A stretch of 64,000 bases of DNA from the human T2T-CHM13v2.0 reference genome, Homo sapiens: assembly GCF_009914755.1 (NCBI RefSeq), contig NC_060933.1; one strand, written 5' to 3'. Position numbers and translations under genes: made by a program. This document shows positions 36,221-50,307 of this stretch, piece by piece. Every line of letters begins with the position of its first letter. The stretch's first letter is position 1. The notes under the pieces were generated by a model. The model was not told the DNA's origin. It did no database searches and saw nothing but the letters and a program-made list of their open reading frames with translations.

Positions 36221-36312
36221 ACTTCTGTGTAAAATAGGGATAGAAAGTTTTTGTTTTATTTTGTTTACTTCTGTGTAAAATAGGGATAGAATGTTTTTGT
36301 TTTATTTTGTTT
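36221..36312. repeat. 46-bp tandem duplication
   Basis: acttctgtgtaaaatagggatagaa[a/t]gtttttgttttattttgttt x2, one mismatch. Confidence 0.92.
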
Positions 36313-36912
36313 GCAGAAATGCGAATGGTGTAAAGCTTCTTCAAATATGGACACACACATACACACACACATATAAAAAGAAAGGCTGCCTTTATTCTGC
36401 CATTTTATACAAGAATCTTTCTACACATAAAACTGGACAGCAAAATTGCTACCTGAAAATTTGTAATTCTTTTCCTAGATGATATTTTTCAAGAACCAAA
36501 GTTGCTAAGAACTCCAGTTCTCTGCTGGATGAATCAAGCGAGCAGTGAACGAAATGCCTGGCAAGGCTTTTGATGGGAGAGGAGTCTCATTTTGCTTTCA
36601 GGATAGACACTGAACATCAGTACATTTGTAATCGTGGTAACCACCCCTGTCTTGGTTAGAGCTTTCATGGTAATAATTTAATTTCTATTGATAAAAGAAT
36701 TTATTACTGAATGTATAGTGGAGAAGAGGAAGCTTATTAATGATCTGAATTTATGTGAAGTGTACGCTATATTTTATTTTCCTACTTTCTTCCATGCCTA
36801 ATAATATTTTTCAAGATTTTTAGTGGCAGTGCTTCTCTCGTTTTTCTAGTTGGAAACTTTCATATTATTCAGAAAGAAAAAATCCTGGTAAGGAAATTGG
36901 AGACCAATTTTC

Positions 36913-37121
36913 TGTATTAGTCTGTTCTTATACTGCTATAAAGAAGTACCTGAGACTGGTAATTTATGAAGAAAAGAGGCTTAATTGACTCACAGTTCCA
37001 CAGGCTGTCCAGGAAGCTTGTCTTGGGGGGCCTTAGGAAACTTAAAACCATGGCAGAAGGTGAACCGGAAGCAAGCACATCTTCACAATGGCGGAGCAGG
37101 AGAGAGAGAAAGAGAGAGCAA
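36913..37121 (-). mobile_element. MST-like MaLR LTR, partial
   Basis: tgtattagtctgttcttatactgctataaagaagtacctgagactgg...ttaattgactcacagttccacagg. Confidence 0.85.
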
Positions 37122-39199
37122 ATCTTGGAATATACTAAGAGTCTGGTGTTGATTGCCTATTTTTTAATGCTAATAACTAAGTGTTCTTTTTCTCTGGGGG
37201 ATTTCTTAACTGTTCTATTGTAAAAGCAACTACTATAATTGCCTTTTATAATACCCAGATCGCTGGATTTGCTATATACTAGACTTGATGTACCTGAAGC
37301 TGCTAACAGGATTGCCTGTCATTTAGCTTTCAGAATTCAATTTATAAAATGTCATTATTTTTCCCCTTCCACTGCAATACTAGAGCTGAAGACAGACAGG
37401 GAAAAGCAAGCAAATATTTGAGAGTGTGAATGGTATAAGTTGAGGGTATGAATGTTGGAAATGAACATATTCACCTCTAAATAAAGTGAGAGAAACCGCT
37501 ATTCTTTCTAAATTTTCCATGTGCCAGTAAAATGGGAATGGTGATTTCCTTAAGGTATTGCTCTGGAGAATTTAAATAATTGAGTTAAATGTCAAACTTC
37601 ACATTTAGAGAGCTTACTAAAACCTTCACAAGTGGGGGCTTACAGACTAGAGTTTTATTTTTATTTTTATTTTTTCTGTAGGGAATGGAGTAGGGGAGGC
37701 AGTAGCACACTTAGGTGATACCTTGCACAGCAGTCACAATGTTGAAATTTGAAGAAATCTAGTGAAAATTATAAAATTTTCACTAGACATGAATAAATCA
37801 TTATGAAAGAATATAAAAATAGCCAGAGATCACTAGAGGGGAAAGAGGCACTGCAAAAGTTACTGGAGGGAATACAAGAGAAGAAAATAATTAGAAAACA
37901 GTCAGTAAGAAATGTCATCCCATTCTGTCCCCTGGCTGCTTTTTGTGGCTTTGTTCAGTGGGTGAAAATTCTGGAGTGTTTATTGGTGTCTTGTAGCATA
38001 AGATGAAATATCTTATCAAGATATTTTCATTTTCTCAAAGTGAAATGCGATCCCTTTAACTTCTTAGGATGACAGGTACATGTGGAAGCATCAGAGAGGA
38101 ACTTGGGATCCCACGAGCTAGCCTCTGCTTCATACACAGTGGAGTAGATGCCTGAGGTTGTCAGCAAATATTGAAGATTTTTATTTCCAGGGGGTTAGAA
38201 ACTTCACGTAGCTTCTCTGCTCTGCACACATAAGGAGTAATTGGATTATTTTCCCTGAGTCAGTAAGGTTTTCGGTGTCACATAATCTCAGGGGAACAAA
38301 TGCAATTGCTTAGATCTCAATATACTCCTCAGATGGCAACTTTGAGGAGGTAACCAGGAGGTATCTGCACTCCCTCTGTGCTCGCCTGGGGCCTTCTGAC
38401 TTTCTCTGTATAAAGCCCTTTCTGTATTGATGCTCCCGGGTGGTAGTGGGTTGGATGGCCATTACATAATCACAACCTCTTTTTTTCAGTCAGGGTAGCT
38501 ATTATGCAGAGAGCTAGGAGTGGATTACTTCTTGGCAGGAATAAGCACAGAAAAATCTATCCAGATTTTTTTAAAAATGGAAACATTGTGAAAAAAATCT
38601 TGATGTCTCTGAAATTGGAGGATGGTATTTTATCTGAGGAACATGGGTAGGGAATGTTGGGGTCATTTCTTAGCTCTGACCTTAGTAAGTCATAGAGGCC
38701 TTTTTATACTGATGTTGCATTTTTAAAAGGCATCTTGACATGATGGGAGAAAAACAGCAGACCAAAAGAAGGCAGACCTGATAGTTCTAGTTCAGGCTGT
38801 GTTGTTGTCTGAGTTGTCCTGCAAGCTGATACAAATCACAACTTCCCCGAGCCTCTCTTTTCTCATCCCTTCAGTGAAGGCCCTCTGTAATACCCAAGTC
38901 CTTTCCAGTTCTGAAGTCTGTTCAAAGTGGGGGCAGCTGGAGGACTCAGGGAGGTCCACACTAAAGAGGACTTTTTTTTTTCCTTTTTTAAAGAGAACAT
39001 TTTTAAAATCTAGCTTTATAACTCAAGGATATTTTAAATACAGATAACTATTACATTTGTATTTTGTAATGAATATTTCAGATTTATGTTTGTGCCTTGA
39101 AGCTAATTGACTGTGAAGAAAACGGTTTTATAAACAAAGCCAAAGAGAAAGTATTCCTGGATGTATTACAGCAGACAAATAATCACTTTACTACTATGG

Positions 39200-39576
39200 T
39201 ATATTAGTCCATTCTCACACTGCTATGAAGAAATACCTGAGATGGAGTAATTTATGAACAGAAGAGGTTTAATTGACTCACAGTTCCACATGGCTGGGGT
39301 GGTCTCAGGAAACTTACAGGCCTGGCAAAAGGTGAAGGGGAAGAAAGGCACCTTCTTCACAGGGCGGTAGGAAGGAGAAGTGCCGAGCAAAGGGGGAAAA
39401 GCCCCTTAAAAAACCATCAGATCTCATGAAAACTCACTCACTATAATGAAAACAGCATGGGGGAACTGCCCACATGATTCCATTACCTCCTACTGGGTCC
39501 CTCCCGTGACACATGGGGATTATGGGAACTACAATTGAAGATGAGATTTGGGTGGGGACACAGCCAAACCATATCA
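39200..39576 (-). mobile_element. THE1 (THE1C/D-like) solo LTR
   Basis: attagtccattctcacactgctatgaagaaatacctga...ggggacacagccaaaccatatca. Confidence 0.92.
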
Positions 39577-40036
39577 CATAGCTTTGGATTATCCCTTCCT
39601 TTTTTCGATTTTTCATAGCCCATTTTTTGTGGATGCTAAAACCAAAATTGCTCTCCACATGCATAGCATATCCATAACCCTCTTACCTTCCATCACTTTC
39701 TGGGACTTGTTCTTATTTTAGAGTGACTTTTAAATCAGTATACTGATGTTGCATGCAGAAGCCTCATTGCCTCTTAGAAATAAAGGATGCCCTTCTGGGA
39801 GGATGTACTAAGTCCAGTGTTGGAACCTTGATACTGTCATACTGTCATGGGCTGACATTTCCTCTTTAAGAATCAGCTCCCTCACACCACAGGGTATTAG
39901 AGAGGCCACATGGGCTGTGAAAACCGGGCACTCAGGGCTGGATAGATTGATTGCTAACAAACATATAGTCTGCTTTCTTCAGAATTAGTAGCTGGCTTTG
40001 CACCTTCAACTTGAGCATGAGCTCAAATGCATTTCT

Positions 40037-40330
40037 TTTTTTTTTTTTTTAAGGCGGAGTCTCACTTTTTCACCCAGGCTGGAGTGCAGTGACATGATCT
40101 CGGCTCACTGCAAACTCCGCCTCCCGGGTTCAAGGGATTCTTCTGCCTCAGCCACCTGAGTAGTTGGGATTACAGGTGCACGCCACCATGCCTGGCTAAT
40201 TTTTGTATTTTTAGTAGAGACAGGGTTTCACCATGCTGGTCAGGCTGATCTCCAACTCCTGACCTCGTGATCCGCCCACCTTGGCCTCCCAAAGTGCTGG
40301 CATTACAGGTGTGAGCCACCGTGCCTGGCC
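40037..40330 (-). mobile_element. AluS (Sg-like)
   Basis: Full dimer; TSD ctcaaatgcatttct at 40022 and 40330. Confidence 0.97.
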
Positions 40331-41683
40331 TCAAATGCATTTCTATACAGGTCCAGTCAGAGTAGTGGCCAGTCCCACTCATGTGTTCAAAATATAACCT
40401 GAGGAATGCAAAGCAACATGTTTAGTCTTTTGTCTTAATAATTCCTCTATTAGCAACTTCATTAGACATCCACTAGTACATAACTTTGTCACTGAAACCA
40501 TATCATTGCCCCCCGAATAGCCTTCTAGACTCCTAACCTTGGAATGCACCAAGGAATATTTAAACTGTCTCATAGTTTTGCAGAAGCAGAAAATGCTAGG
40601 ATTGTAACCCTGATGATCAGTTCTCCCTGATGACTTGGCCTGTGTTGCGCCTACTAAATTCTTCTTGTCTTCTCGTTTGCTCTATTGTCATGATATTGGT
40701 TGAAGGGAATTAGTAAATCAGACTGGCATTGAATCTCTGGGAACTAGAAAATGGGCTAAGATTTAGATGGCATATTCACTTTCTGCATTCCGTTTGTCTG
40801 TGTGCTTGTTCTTATTCATTCCTAATTTTTTCCTGTAGCTAGTCTTTTAGGATTTTGGTGTCAACCTTACATATAATTGCCTGGGTACTTCCTGAGGTGA
40901 TCCTGCTGATTTTAGAAGAAGTGAAAGGGAATATTACATATGGTAGTAGAAGGAGTCCTGGATAGGAAGACTTTGCAGTCCTGGCTTCAAGTCCAGATGC
41001 AGGCAGTCACTTGTCACTTTGGTCAACATCTTAAGGCCTCCAGGCTTCAGTTACCTTGTCTAAAACAAGGCACCTTCTGCCTCTGAATTTCTGACTCATA
41101 AAATGGTCCAAGCCGTATTGTCAGTGATTAGTGCTTTTAATATCAGCTTCATACAGAGGTAGCTTTCCAGGCTGCTCTAACTTTTGGATTACATAACAGA
41201 GATAGAGTGCCTGATGGATGGATATCTCGGTATCTGGCATGTTATGGTGAGTGGGAGACAGCCAGAAGAAAATCCTTGGAAAGTATTTTTTTAAATCTGT
41301 GTGAATATGTTTATATTGGGATGGTTCTGAATTCTAGGTTTTAGATAAACTAAGAAAATTGGATGTAATATGAAGAGATAAAATTCCATGAGCTGAAGTT
41401 GATGAGTAATATACAACTAAGAGAGGAGAAAAGGAAATAAGAGATTAAATGAGATAGAGAAAAATAATGCTGGGCAGGCCATTTAATAAATTCTCTGACT
41501 TTGTTTCTGCTTATGCAGAAGAGGTGGACTAAATTATACCTGAACTCCTCTGTTCTGTGAAGGTCACAAGTACAGATGTTTCTAACCTTGAAGGGAAGTA
41601 AGGTGTTTATTCATTTTTTTCTTTTAGCTTTTGTTCTTTCCCTAAAGATAGAGAATATGCAAATTATTAAAAAATCAAATACA

Positions 41684-41980
41684 GGCCAGGCGCGATGGCT
41701 CATGCCTGTAATCCCAGCTCTTTGGGAGGCCAAGGTGGGTGGCTCATGAAGTCAGGAGACTGAGACCATCCTGGCCAACATGGTGAAACCCCGTCTCTAC
41801 TAAAATACAAAAAACTAGCCAGGCATGGTGGTGCGTGCCTGCAGTCTCAGCTACTTGGGAGGCTGAGGCAGGGGAATCGCTTGAACCTCAGAGGCAGAGG
41901 TTGCAGTGAGCCGAGATCATGCCACTGCGCTCCAGCTAGGTGACAGAGTGAGACTCTGTCTCAAAAAAAAAAAAAAAAAA
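41684..41980 (+). mobile_element. AluSc-like
   Basis: gagaccatcctggccaacatggtg; poly-A; TSD aaaaaatcaaataca. Confidence 0.96.
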
Positions 41981-43654
41981 ATCAAATACAGAAAGACATG
42001 GGGGAGGAAAAGCCAAAATTCGGTGAAATATTCCTCTCTATATAAAACCATGATTGAGTCACTGTCAGTCATTTGGTAAAGATACTATTAGACTTCTGTG
42101 CAAGCAGCATGAACTGTTGCATAACATTCAAGGTGAAGGAAACAAGCAGTCACAGCTTATATTTTTCCAAACTAAATTAAATCCAACTGAAATGTATACT
42201 TGCCAGACTGACAGGAATTTCAATATCACCCTCCAGGGATATTCTCTCCTGTGCCTAGTTTGTCAGCCCCCTAACCCCAATCCCCACACGTGTGTACAGT
42301 CTAGAAAGGAATTTCGCTGAAATCTGCTTTCAAGCAGAGAAGAGCCTTACCATCCACCAATCTCCTGCTGCCATCCCTGGCCTGCCCTCAGCCTTACTAC
42401 CATGTGGCACCACTATTGAGCACTAGCCCCTCTTGGCTGTCCAGTAGTGCTTGGTTTTGATACTGTGAAATATCATGAGCTTGAGCTCCCAGCAAAGACC
42501 ACGTGCCTCTTTGAACAAGGGCAGCTCTATTAGTTCAGTGCATCATCCATTTTCTGTGTTACATAATATATCATTGATGGCATGTGCCATCATTTATTCA
42601 GCCAGTCATCTCATGGTGAATGCATAGATCAGCATTATTTATAAAGTGTCACGATGAACACTTTACATGTATCTTTGGCCACCTATCTGTGTTTTTAGAG
42701 CTAACACTCAGGAGTCATGTTGCTGTATCAAAAGGTTTACCTGTTAAGTTTTGACCCCTATTGCAAGTTTGCATTCTGGAATAGATGCACCAGTTTACAT
42801 TCCTGAGAGTGCATTGGAGTGCACTTCCTTGTCACACTTGCTGATGATCTCTGTGCAAGAAGAAAATAGTTCTGGCTACCACAATCTCAGAAGAAGAACA
42901 TATGGTCATACACATGGCAACATTATCTCTAGAGAACTTGGGTTCCTCTGGTATTCAGGATCCATCTGCTAGGGATTTATTATTTTTCTTGTTTCCCCTC
43001 TCTAAGTTGGTGTTGAATTGGTCATGTTGACCCACTTAAATTCAGAGGATGAGCTATTTTATTTATCTCATGTTCTCTTACCATATTTGAAGGAATGGCC
43101 AGATTTTTCTCAGCCTTCCAACCCTTTCACTGTGTTTTGTCGTGTATGTAGGATTTACCCAGTAGCAAAACTATAAATTCAGGGTCTTCAAGCTAAAACT
43201 TCCTAAAGCAATACCCTAAGACTCAGTTGTGAACTGAAAAATCTGTGGGACTCTAGAGGAGCGGAAGATCTGCCCCTTGGCCTCTTGGTTCCCTGGATTC
43301 CTGTGGTTAGGTTAGCTGGAACTAATTGCTGAATATTTGTTTCTTTCTGAAGTTAACCAGTTATTTCCTTATCTTTTGTTCTTTAGCCAGATTTATTTGT
43401 CTTTCTGACTTTTTCATGATTTTTCTGTATTTTACCCTTATTCTTTAGAAATATTTCTCTATTCTGTGCTTGTGATTGATTTCTAACGTCTCCTAGAAGT
43501 TACAAAGGGCCTGGGTTAAAATCCTGTCAGCAATAACGCCATATGGTTTCCTAGATGCTCTGCACACTAAAGAAAACACTTATTCTGATATTTTAATCAA
43601 ACTCTGAGGACTTAAACATATGGTATAAAGAATGCTAGTTAATAGCTTTTTGTG

Positions 43655-43698
43655 TTATTTTAATGGCAAAAACTGCAGTTATGTTTGCACCAACCTAA
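43655..43698. mobile_element. Half MADE1 (Hsmar1 MITE)
   Basis: ttttaatggcaaaaactgcagttatgtttgcaccaacctaa matches one arm of MADE1. Confidence 0.8.
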
Positions 43699-44269
43699 AT
43701 AGAACCATATCAGAGTAGCAGAAGAACTCATCTCAAAGCCTGTCTTAGAGAGGTGGATGGACCTGTGCACTGTGTTTCATCATGCTAATATGGAATGTGC
43801 CTGCCTTTGGGCAACTCATTTCATAGTGGGCCTTAATCCCAATTGGTAAAATGAACTATAACCTTTCATCATTCCATAGATTCAGCTTAAAGTGGGCCCA
43901 CAGAAGAAGAGAGGGTAGAGAGTGAAAATGGAGTCACAAACCCAGCAGAGAATCCTCCCTCTGGTTTCTGAATAAACATTGTATACACAGAAGAAATCAG
44001 TACGCAGAACCTTCCCAGAGGAATCAGACTGACTACAAAAGTTGAAAATCTCTTGCTACAAAATACTTAGAAATGATGGATAAAACAAAACAAAAATGTT
44101 TTCATTCATAGCAAAAGTAACCAGAAAGTGTTATCAGGAGCCTAAAATGAAGAGGGAAACCGAAGACCTGAGCTGCTTCAGGAGGAGTAGTGAGGGGAGA
44201 GGTGGTAGCAGGTAGTGGGTGAGGGTAGGACTTGAGTATATCGTGTATCATTTGGGGCCTCTTTGTGGG

Positions 44270-45330
44270 GAGAGATTGGAAGTGAGTCACAAGCATGAGT
44301 ATAGAAATTGGGGAACAGGTAGTAAAATAATTACCGTCATTCGATGTTATGATTGTATACCTAGAAAACTTTATGGGAGCAATTGAAACAACATGACGAA
44401 CAATAAGCATGTTCATTTTAACATACAGAAATATTAGCATATGGGAATAGCCTACATAGATGCGAACAGCCACCAATTAGAAGATATCGTGGAAGGAAAG
44501 ATCTCATTTGCAGTAGCATTAAACAAAGATAAAATTCCTAGCTATAAATGATATAATTTTTCTATTTAAAAAATAAATATAACACATGTATAATTTTTCC
44601 TAGAAAAAGACATGAGAAACAGAAAAGCATACCATGTTCTTTTTATGATTGAAAAGACTTAGCATCATAAAGGAGTCAGCTTTCTCTAAGTTAAACTGTA
44701 AATGTAATGTGATACTTATACAAAAGATAATATTTTTAGTAAGATAAGCCTATTATAAATTTATGGAAAAATAGTAAAGTATAGCCCAGGAAAATATAAG
44801 GAAGGATAATAAGGAAAACTAGCCCTAATATGTATTTAAAAACATTAAAAAATCTTTGATATTTAACATAGTGTATTACTGGTTCATGAAGAAACAGATT
44901 AATAGTTTAACATAAGATACAAGTGTATTTCAAATCACTAAAACAAAATAGATAATAAATGGTTTTGGGAAAGATGGATAGTCTGCTTGGAAAAAAGGTT
45001 GGATCCATAATTCACATCTTGGATCCATAATTCACATTGGCAGGACCAGGAAAATTTTCCAGTGGAATAAATAAAGATTTAAATGTTAATGAATGAAATC
45101 ATAAAAATCACTTGAAGAAACCAGTGAAGAAATTTGAAAGTAGTTTTGATCTGATGGAAGCTTTTCTAATTATGATCCCAAACCCAGAAACTATAAAGGA
45201 AAGAATCAGGATATATGTACCGATATAAAGAGGAGAAATGTTGCACAGCAAAAAAAAAACACCCATGAGCTGGGTCACGAAAAAATTTAAACAGATGGAA
45301 AAGCAAGGAGCAAAACATAGTGAACCCTCT
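44270..45330 (+). mobile_element. Very old L1M ORF2 relic
   Basis: tatgattgtatacctagaaaac; ttggatccataattcacat; aaagatttaaatgttaa. Confidence 0.65.
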
Positions 45331-46211
45331 TGTTTCCATCTCCCAATTTCAACCATTTCAAACTCATGACTGAATTTCTTTATTTTGAAGGTAATCCTTG
45401 CTTATCATATCATTGCATCTAAAACAACCTGCATGTGAATATAAAAGAGTCCTTTTTTCCCTCAACACATTAAAATGCCATTATTACAATTAGGAAATTA
45501 GTGATTCCCTAATATTCATGATGATTTTTAAGGCATAGGAAAAATGAGTCTTCCAGTAAGTAAATAATGTCCACCGAAATATCTAAAAGGCACAATCTGT
45601 GATTTCAGAAATGGTTTTTTTAAAGAGATTAATATACTGCAGAAATTTCTATTAAACTAAATTTAGACATGCTTCCCCCTTTCAGTGTTCCAAATGCCCT
45701 GAATCTGTTAATGCCTTGCTGTCAGCTGGTTATGCCACTTGATTATGCTTTTGTTAATCCTGGATCTTGCTCTGACCTGAAAGAAGCCCATTACTTTATC
45801 CTGCCTTAAAAATCGCTTAGGACTGCGACAGATGATGGCCCAGCAGTCTCTAATAAATCCCTCAAGATGGGGACACATCAGACATTGTCAGGACCCTCAA
45901 GCTCTTGAAGGAGGATTCAACAGAGATGAAATGTGGAGGTAGTAGTAGCCTGGGTGTTGCCAGAATTTCCCACCCTTTATCAAATGAAAATGAGCTGCAT
46001 TATTTGGGTAGGGAATGATTTTAAGGATTGTATGGCTCGGGGAAAAAAAACAATAAAAATATTTTATAAATAACTAGCTTGAGTGAATCTCTTTTCATAA
46101 AAATATTTAAGATGCATGTGATGTCAATAATGAGTGATGTTGAATTTTGATGTAATAATCACAAGTTTGAATATTAAAATTAGTGTGTTTAGAGTAACAT
46201 GGCAGTTTCAT

Positions 46212-48757
46212 TTCCAAAAGTTGAGGAGGAGGGACTCCTCCTTAACTCATTCTGTGAGGTCAGCATCATCCTGATACCAAAACCTGGCAGAGTCACAATG
46301 AAAAAAGAAAAACATCAGTCCAGTATCCTTGATGATGAACATAGATGCAAAAATCCTCAGGAAAATACTAGCAAACCAAATCCAGTAGCACATCAAAAAG
46401 CTAATCCACTATGATCAAGTAGTCGTTATCCCTGGGATGCAAGGTTGGTTCAACATATGCAAATCAATATATGTGATTCGTCACATACACAGAACTAAAG
46501 ACAAAAACCACATGATCATCTCAATAGACGCAGAAAAGGCTTTTAATACAATTCAGCATCCGTTCATGTTAAAAAACCTTGACAAACTAGACATCAAAGG
46601 AATATACCTCAAAATAATAAGAGCCATTTATGACAAGCCCACAGCCAGCATCATACTGAATGATGAAAGCATTCCCCTGGAAAACTGGAAGAAGACAAGG
46701 ATGCCCTCTTTCACCACTCCTATTCTACATAGTATTGGAAGTCCTAGCCAGAGCAGTCAGCAAGAGATATAAAAAGCATTCAGATAGGCAGAGAGGAAGT
46801 CAAACTATCTGTCTTTGTAGACCATATGGTTCTATACCTAGAAAATCCCATAGTCTCTGCCAGAAAGCTCCTTGATCTGATAAATAACTTCAGTGAAATT
46901 TCAGGATACAAAATTAATGTACAAAAATCAGTGGCATTTCTGTACACCAACATCATCCAAGCTGAGAGCCAAACCAAAAACACACTCCCATTCACAATAG
47001 CCACAAAAAGAATAAAACAACTAGGAAAACAGCTAACCAGGGAGGTGAAAGATATCTACAATGAGAATTACAAAACACTGCTCAAAGAAATCGGAGATAA
47101 CTCAAAGAAATGGAAAATATTTTATGCTCACAGATAGGAAGAATCAATATTGTTAAAACAGTTATACTCTCCAAAGCAATTTACAGATTTAATGCCATTC
47201 CTATCAAATTACCAATGACATTCTTCACAGAATTAGAAAAAGAAATATTAAAACTCCTATGGAATCAAAAAGCCTGAATAGACAAGGCTAAGCTAAAAAG
47301 ACAAAGCTGGAGGCATCGCATTACCTGACTTCAAATTATGCTACAGGCTATGGTAACCAAAACAGTATGGTACTGGTAGAAAACAGACACACATACCAAT
47401 GGAACAGAATAAAGAGCCTAGAAATAAAGCCACACACTTAACAACCATCTGATTTTTGATAAAGTTGACAAAAAGAAGCAATGGGGGAAAGTACTCCTTA
47501 TTCAGTAAATGTTGCTGGGATAACTGGCTAGCCAATATGCAGAAGATTGAAACTATACCCCTTCCTTACATCATCTAAAAAATTAACACCAGATGGATTA
47601 AAGACTTAAATGTAAAACCTAAAACTGTAAAAATCCTGGAAGGATAACCTAGGACATGCTGCTGTGGACATAGGACTTGGCAAAGATTTCATGACGAAAA
47701 TGCCAAAAGTAATTGCAACAAAAACAAAAATTGACAAAATAGAGATCTTCTGCACAGCAAACAGACAATCTACAGAATGGGAGAAAATATTTGCAAACTA
47801 TGCATGCAACAAAGGTCTGATATCCAGAATTTATAAGGAACTTAAATTTACAAACAAAAAAAAAACCCATTAAAAAATGCACAAAAGACATAAGCAGACA
47901 CTTTTCAAAAGAAAGCATACATGTGGCCAACAAGCATATAAAAACATGCTCAACATCACTGATCATTAGAAAAATGCAGATCAAAATGACAATGAGATAC
48001 TATCTCACACCAGTCAGAATGACTGTTATCAAAAAGTCAGACAATAACAGATGTTGGCGAGATTGCAGAGAAAAGAGAATGCTTATACACTGCTGCTGGA
48101 AATGTAAATTAGTTTAGCCATTGTGGAAAGCAGTGTGGCAATTTCTTAAAGAACTTCAAACGGAATTACCACTCAACCCAGCAATCCCATATTGGGTATA
48201 TTCCTAAAGGAATATAAATCATTCTACCATAAAGGCACATGTATGCATATGTTCAGCACAGCAGTATTCACAGTAGTAAAGACAGAATCAACCTAAATGG
48301 ACTTGATATAGAAAATATGTATCATATGTACCATATTCAGGCCACTTAAATTGACGTAGATTCAACCTAAGTCGACTGGATAAAGAAAATGTGGTTTATA
48401 TACACCACGGAGTACTACGCAGCTGTGAAAAAGAATGAAATCATGTCCTTTGCAGCAACATGCATGGAGCTGGAGGCCGTTATTCTGAGTGAACTAACAC
48501 AGGAACAGAAAACAAAATACAGTATGTTCAGGTATAAGTGGGAGCTAAACATTCAGTACACATGGACACAAAGAAGGGAACCATAGACATTGGGACCTAC
48601 TCGAGGGTAGAGAGTGGGAGGAGGGTGAGGGTCGTAAAACTACCTGTTACGTACTGTGCCTATCACCTGGGTAACAAAATACACCAAATGCTCATGACAT
48701 GCAATTTACCCATGTAACAAACCTGCATGTGTACCCCATAGTGCTAAAATAAAAATG
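46212..48757 (+). mobile_element. 5'-truncated L1PB/old-L1PA with disrupted ORF2
   Basis: ORF fragments [10 protein letters not shown].., [20 protein letters not shown]; 3'UTR and A-rich tail; degenerate TSD aac[a/t]tgg[c/t]agtt[t/c]cat at 46196 and 48761. Confidence 0.93.
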
Positions 48758-49077
48758 AAGAACTTGGTAGTTCCATCCAATTTGTTTTAAAAAATGTTTA
48801 ATAAAAAAAATTTTGGAGACATAGGGCTAAAAACTGATCAAAGTAATATATAGAAAGTATTAGTCGATGATATCAAAGTAATGTCGATATATCTAATGTA
48901 AGAGATCAAAGTAATATATTCTAAATAAAACTTAGATTTGAGTCATTTGAGAGTTTACCCCTTTTATTCTGGAGTGGCAAAGGGACATGCCCAAGGCCAC
49001 TAAGTAGGGCCTGAATCCCATGTCATGATCCCAGTGCCTTTTTCCTTTCCATGTGATCATACTTCTTCCTTTCATAC

Positions 49078-49663
49078 CTTTAAGTCAATTATCTTCCTTC
49101 CTTAGAATGTGTGTTGAAGTTTTGAATAAAGCATAATAGACATGAATGTATTTTTATGCTTTCCTAATTTAAGCTGTTTTTCTCCACATTGCCTGTGATG
49201 CTAGCACCTCTTCATGAACTTTCCTGTCCTCTCAGTTGTACCAGGCTTTTGATTCTGCCAGATGCAGCGGGAGAGCAATTGCTCTTCCTAAAGAAATCCA
49301 TAGTTGGCTTTATTTTCCTCTTATCTTTTCTTGCCATGGTAAACTTTTATGGTCATTTATCTCTGTCATAAAAATGAATGTTGTACGTGTAATCTTTCCT
49401 GTCTTAAATTATATGACATATACTGTTCATGTCTTTGTTCTAGTTTCTTTTATGTAAATGGGCATTTTGGTTTATGAAGAAAGATTTGTATCTTATTTTT
49501 TTCCTCCTGGCTTTAGACATCTTATAGGTGAGTCCCTTAGAGTTTTGGATCTTCCTTGCAGGTCCCTCTATTCCTGATATCTAAGACTAATCTTATACCA
49601 TTAAAATGAATAATGACCCTTAAAAAATGGAATCCTCTTCTCACGTAGGAGAGTCAGGAGAGG
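49078..49663 (-). pseudogene. Candidate decayed exon (coiled-coil-like)
   Basis: Acceptor caactttttctag|, donor AAG|gtatga; PLLTLLREKRIPFF.. then ..KKLEQRHEQYMSYNLRQERLHVQHSFL..GRKIIDLK; several stops and one frameshift. Confidence 0.3.
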
Positions 49664-50307
49664 CTAGAAAAAGTTGCTGTAGGGTTTTACCTCAACAAAA
49701 TAGTAAGCATTTGAAAGGCAATTCAAGCAGTGTGCTTTGGCCAGAGAAATGTAGCATTTCAGAGTAAAAGGGATTTTTAGGCAATTTGTATATATATATG
49801 CACTTGACATATAAAGCCCTTACACTGCTAACCAGTGGTCAGCCAATCCTTGCTTAACCCATGCTGAAGACCAGAAAATCAGGAGAGCAGCCTACAGTAA
49901 TGGGGGGATCTTGTGCTTTTAATCAGGCAAATTTCTGTATCCTGACTGCAACACACACATGTTGTGACCTTGGGCAAGACCCTTGACTCTCTGATTCTCC
50001 ATTTCCTTGTTGTGGTCTCATTAGAGAATTAAATGACATATCAACTACCACTATTCTCATCTATCACATCTGAGCTGAAATATCTTCCACTGGCTCTCAT
50101 GTCTTTCTTCTAAATCTTCCTCTTGGGGTCATACAGAACACGGTTGTAATCTCACTAGCTATCTTCTAGGTGTGTTTAATTTCAAGTCTCAACTCTCTCT
50201 AGGGCTGTCCATTATCTTTTATGTGTTTGAAAGCTGTGCAATCAAAGGACAATGGAGACAGAACATTGGTAAGCCAATGTCACCTTCTAGCATTCTCTGT
50301 GATCTAC

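Noticed and set aside
36479-36640. Plus-strand acceptor ttcttttcctag| followed by DIFQEPKLLRTPVLCWMNQ
   Set aside because: The frame closes within ~30 codons and there is no convincing donor
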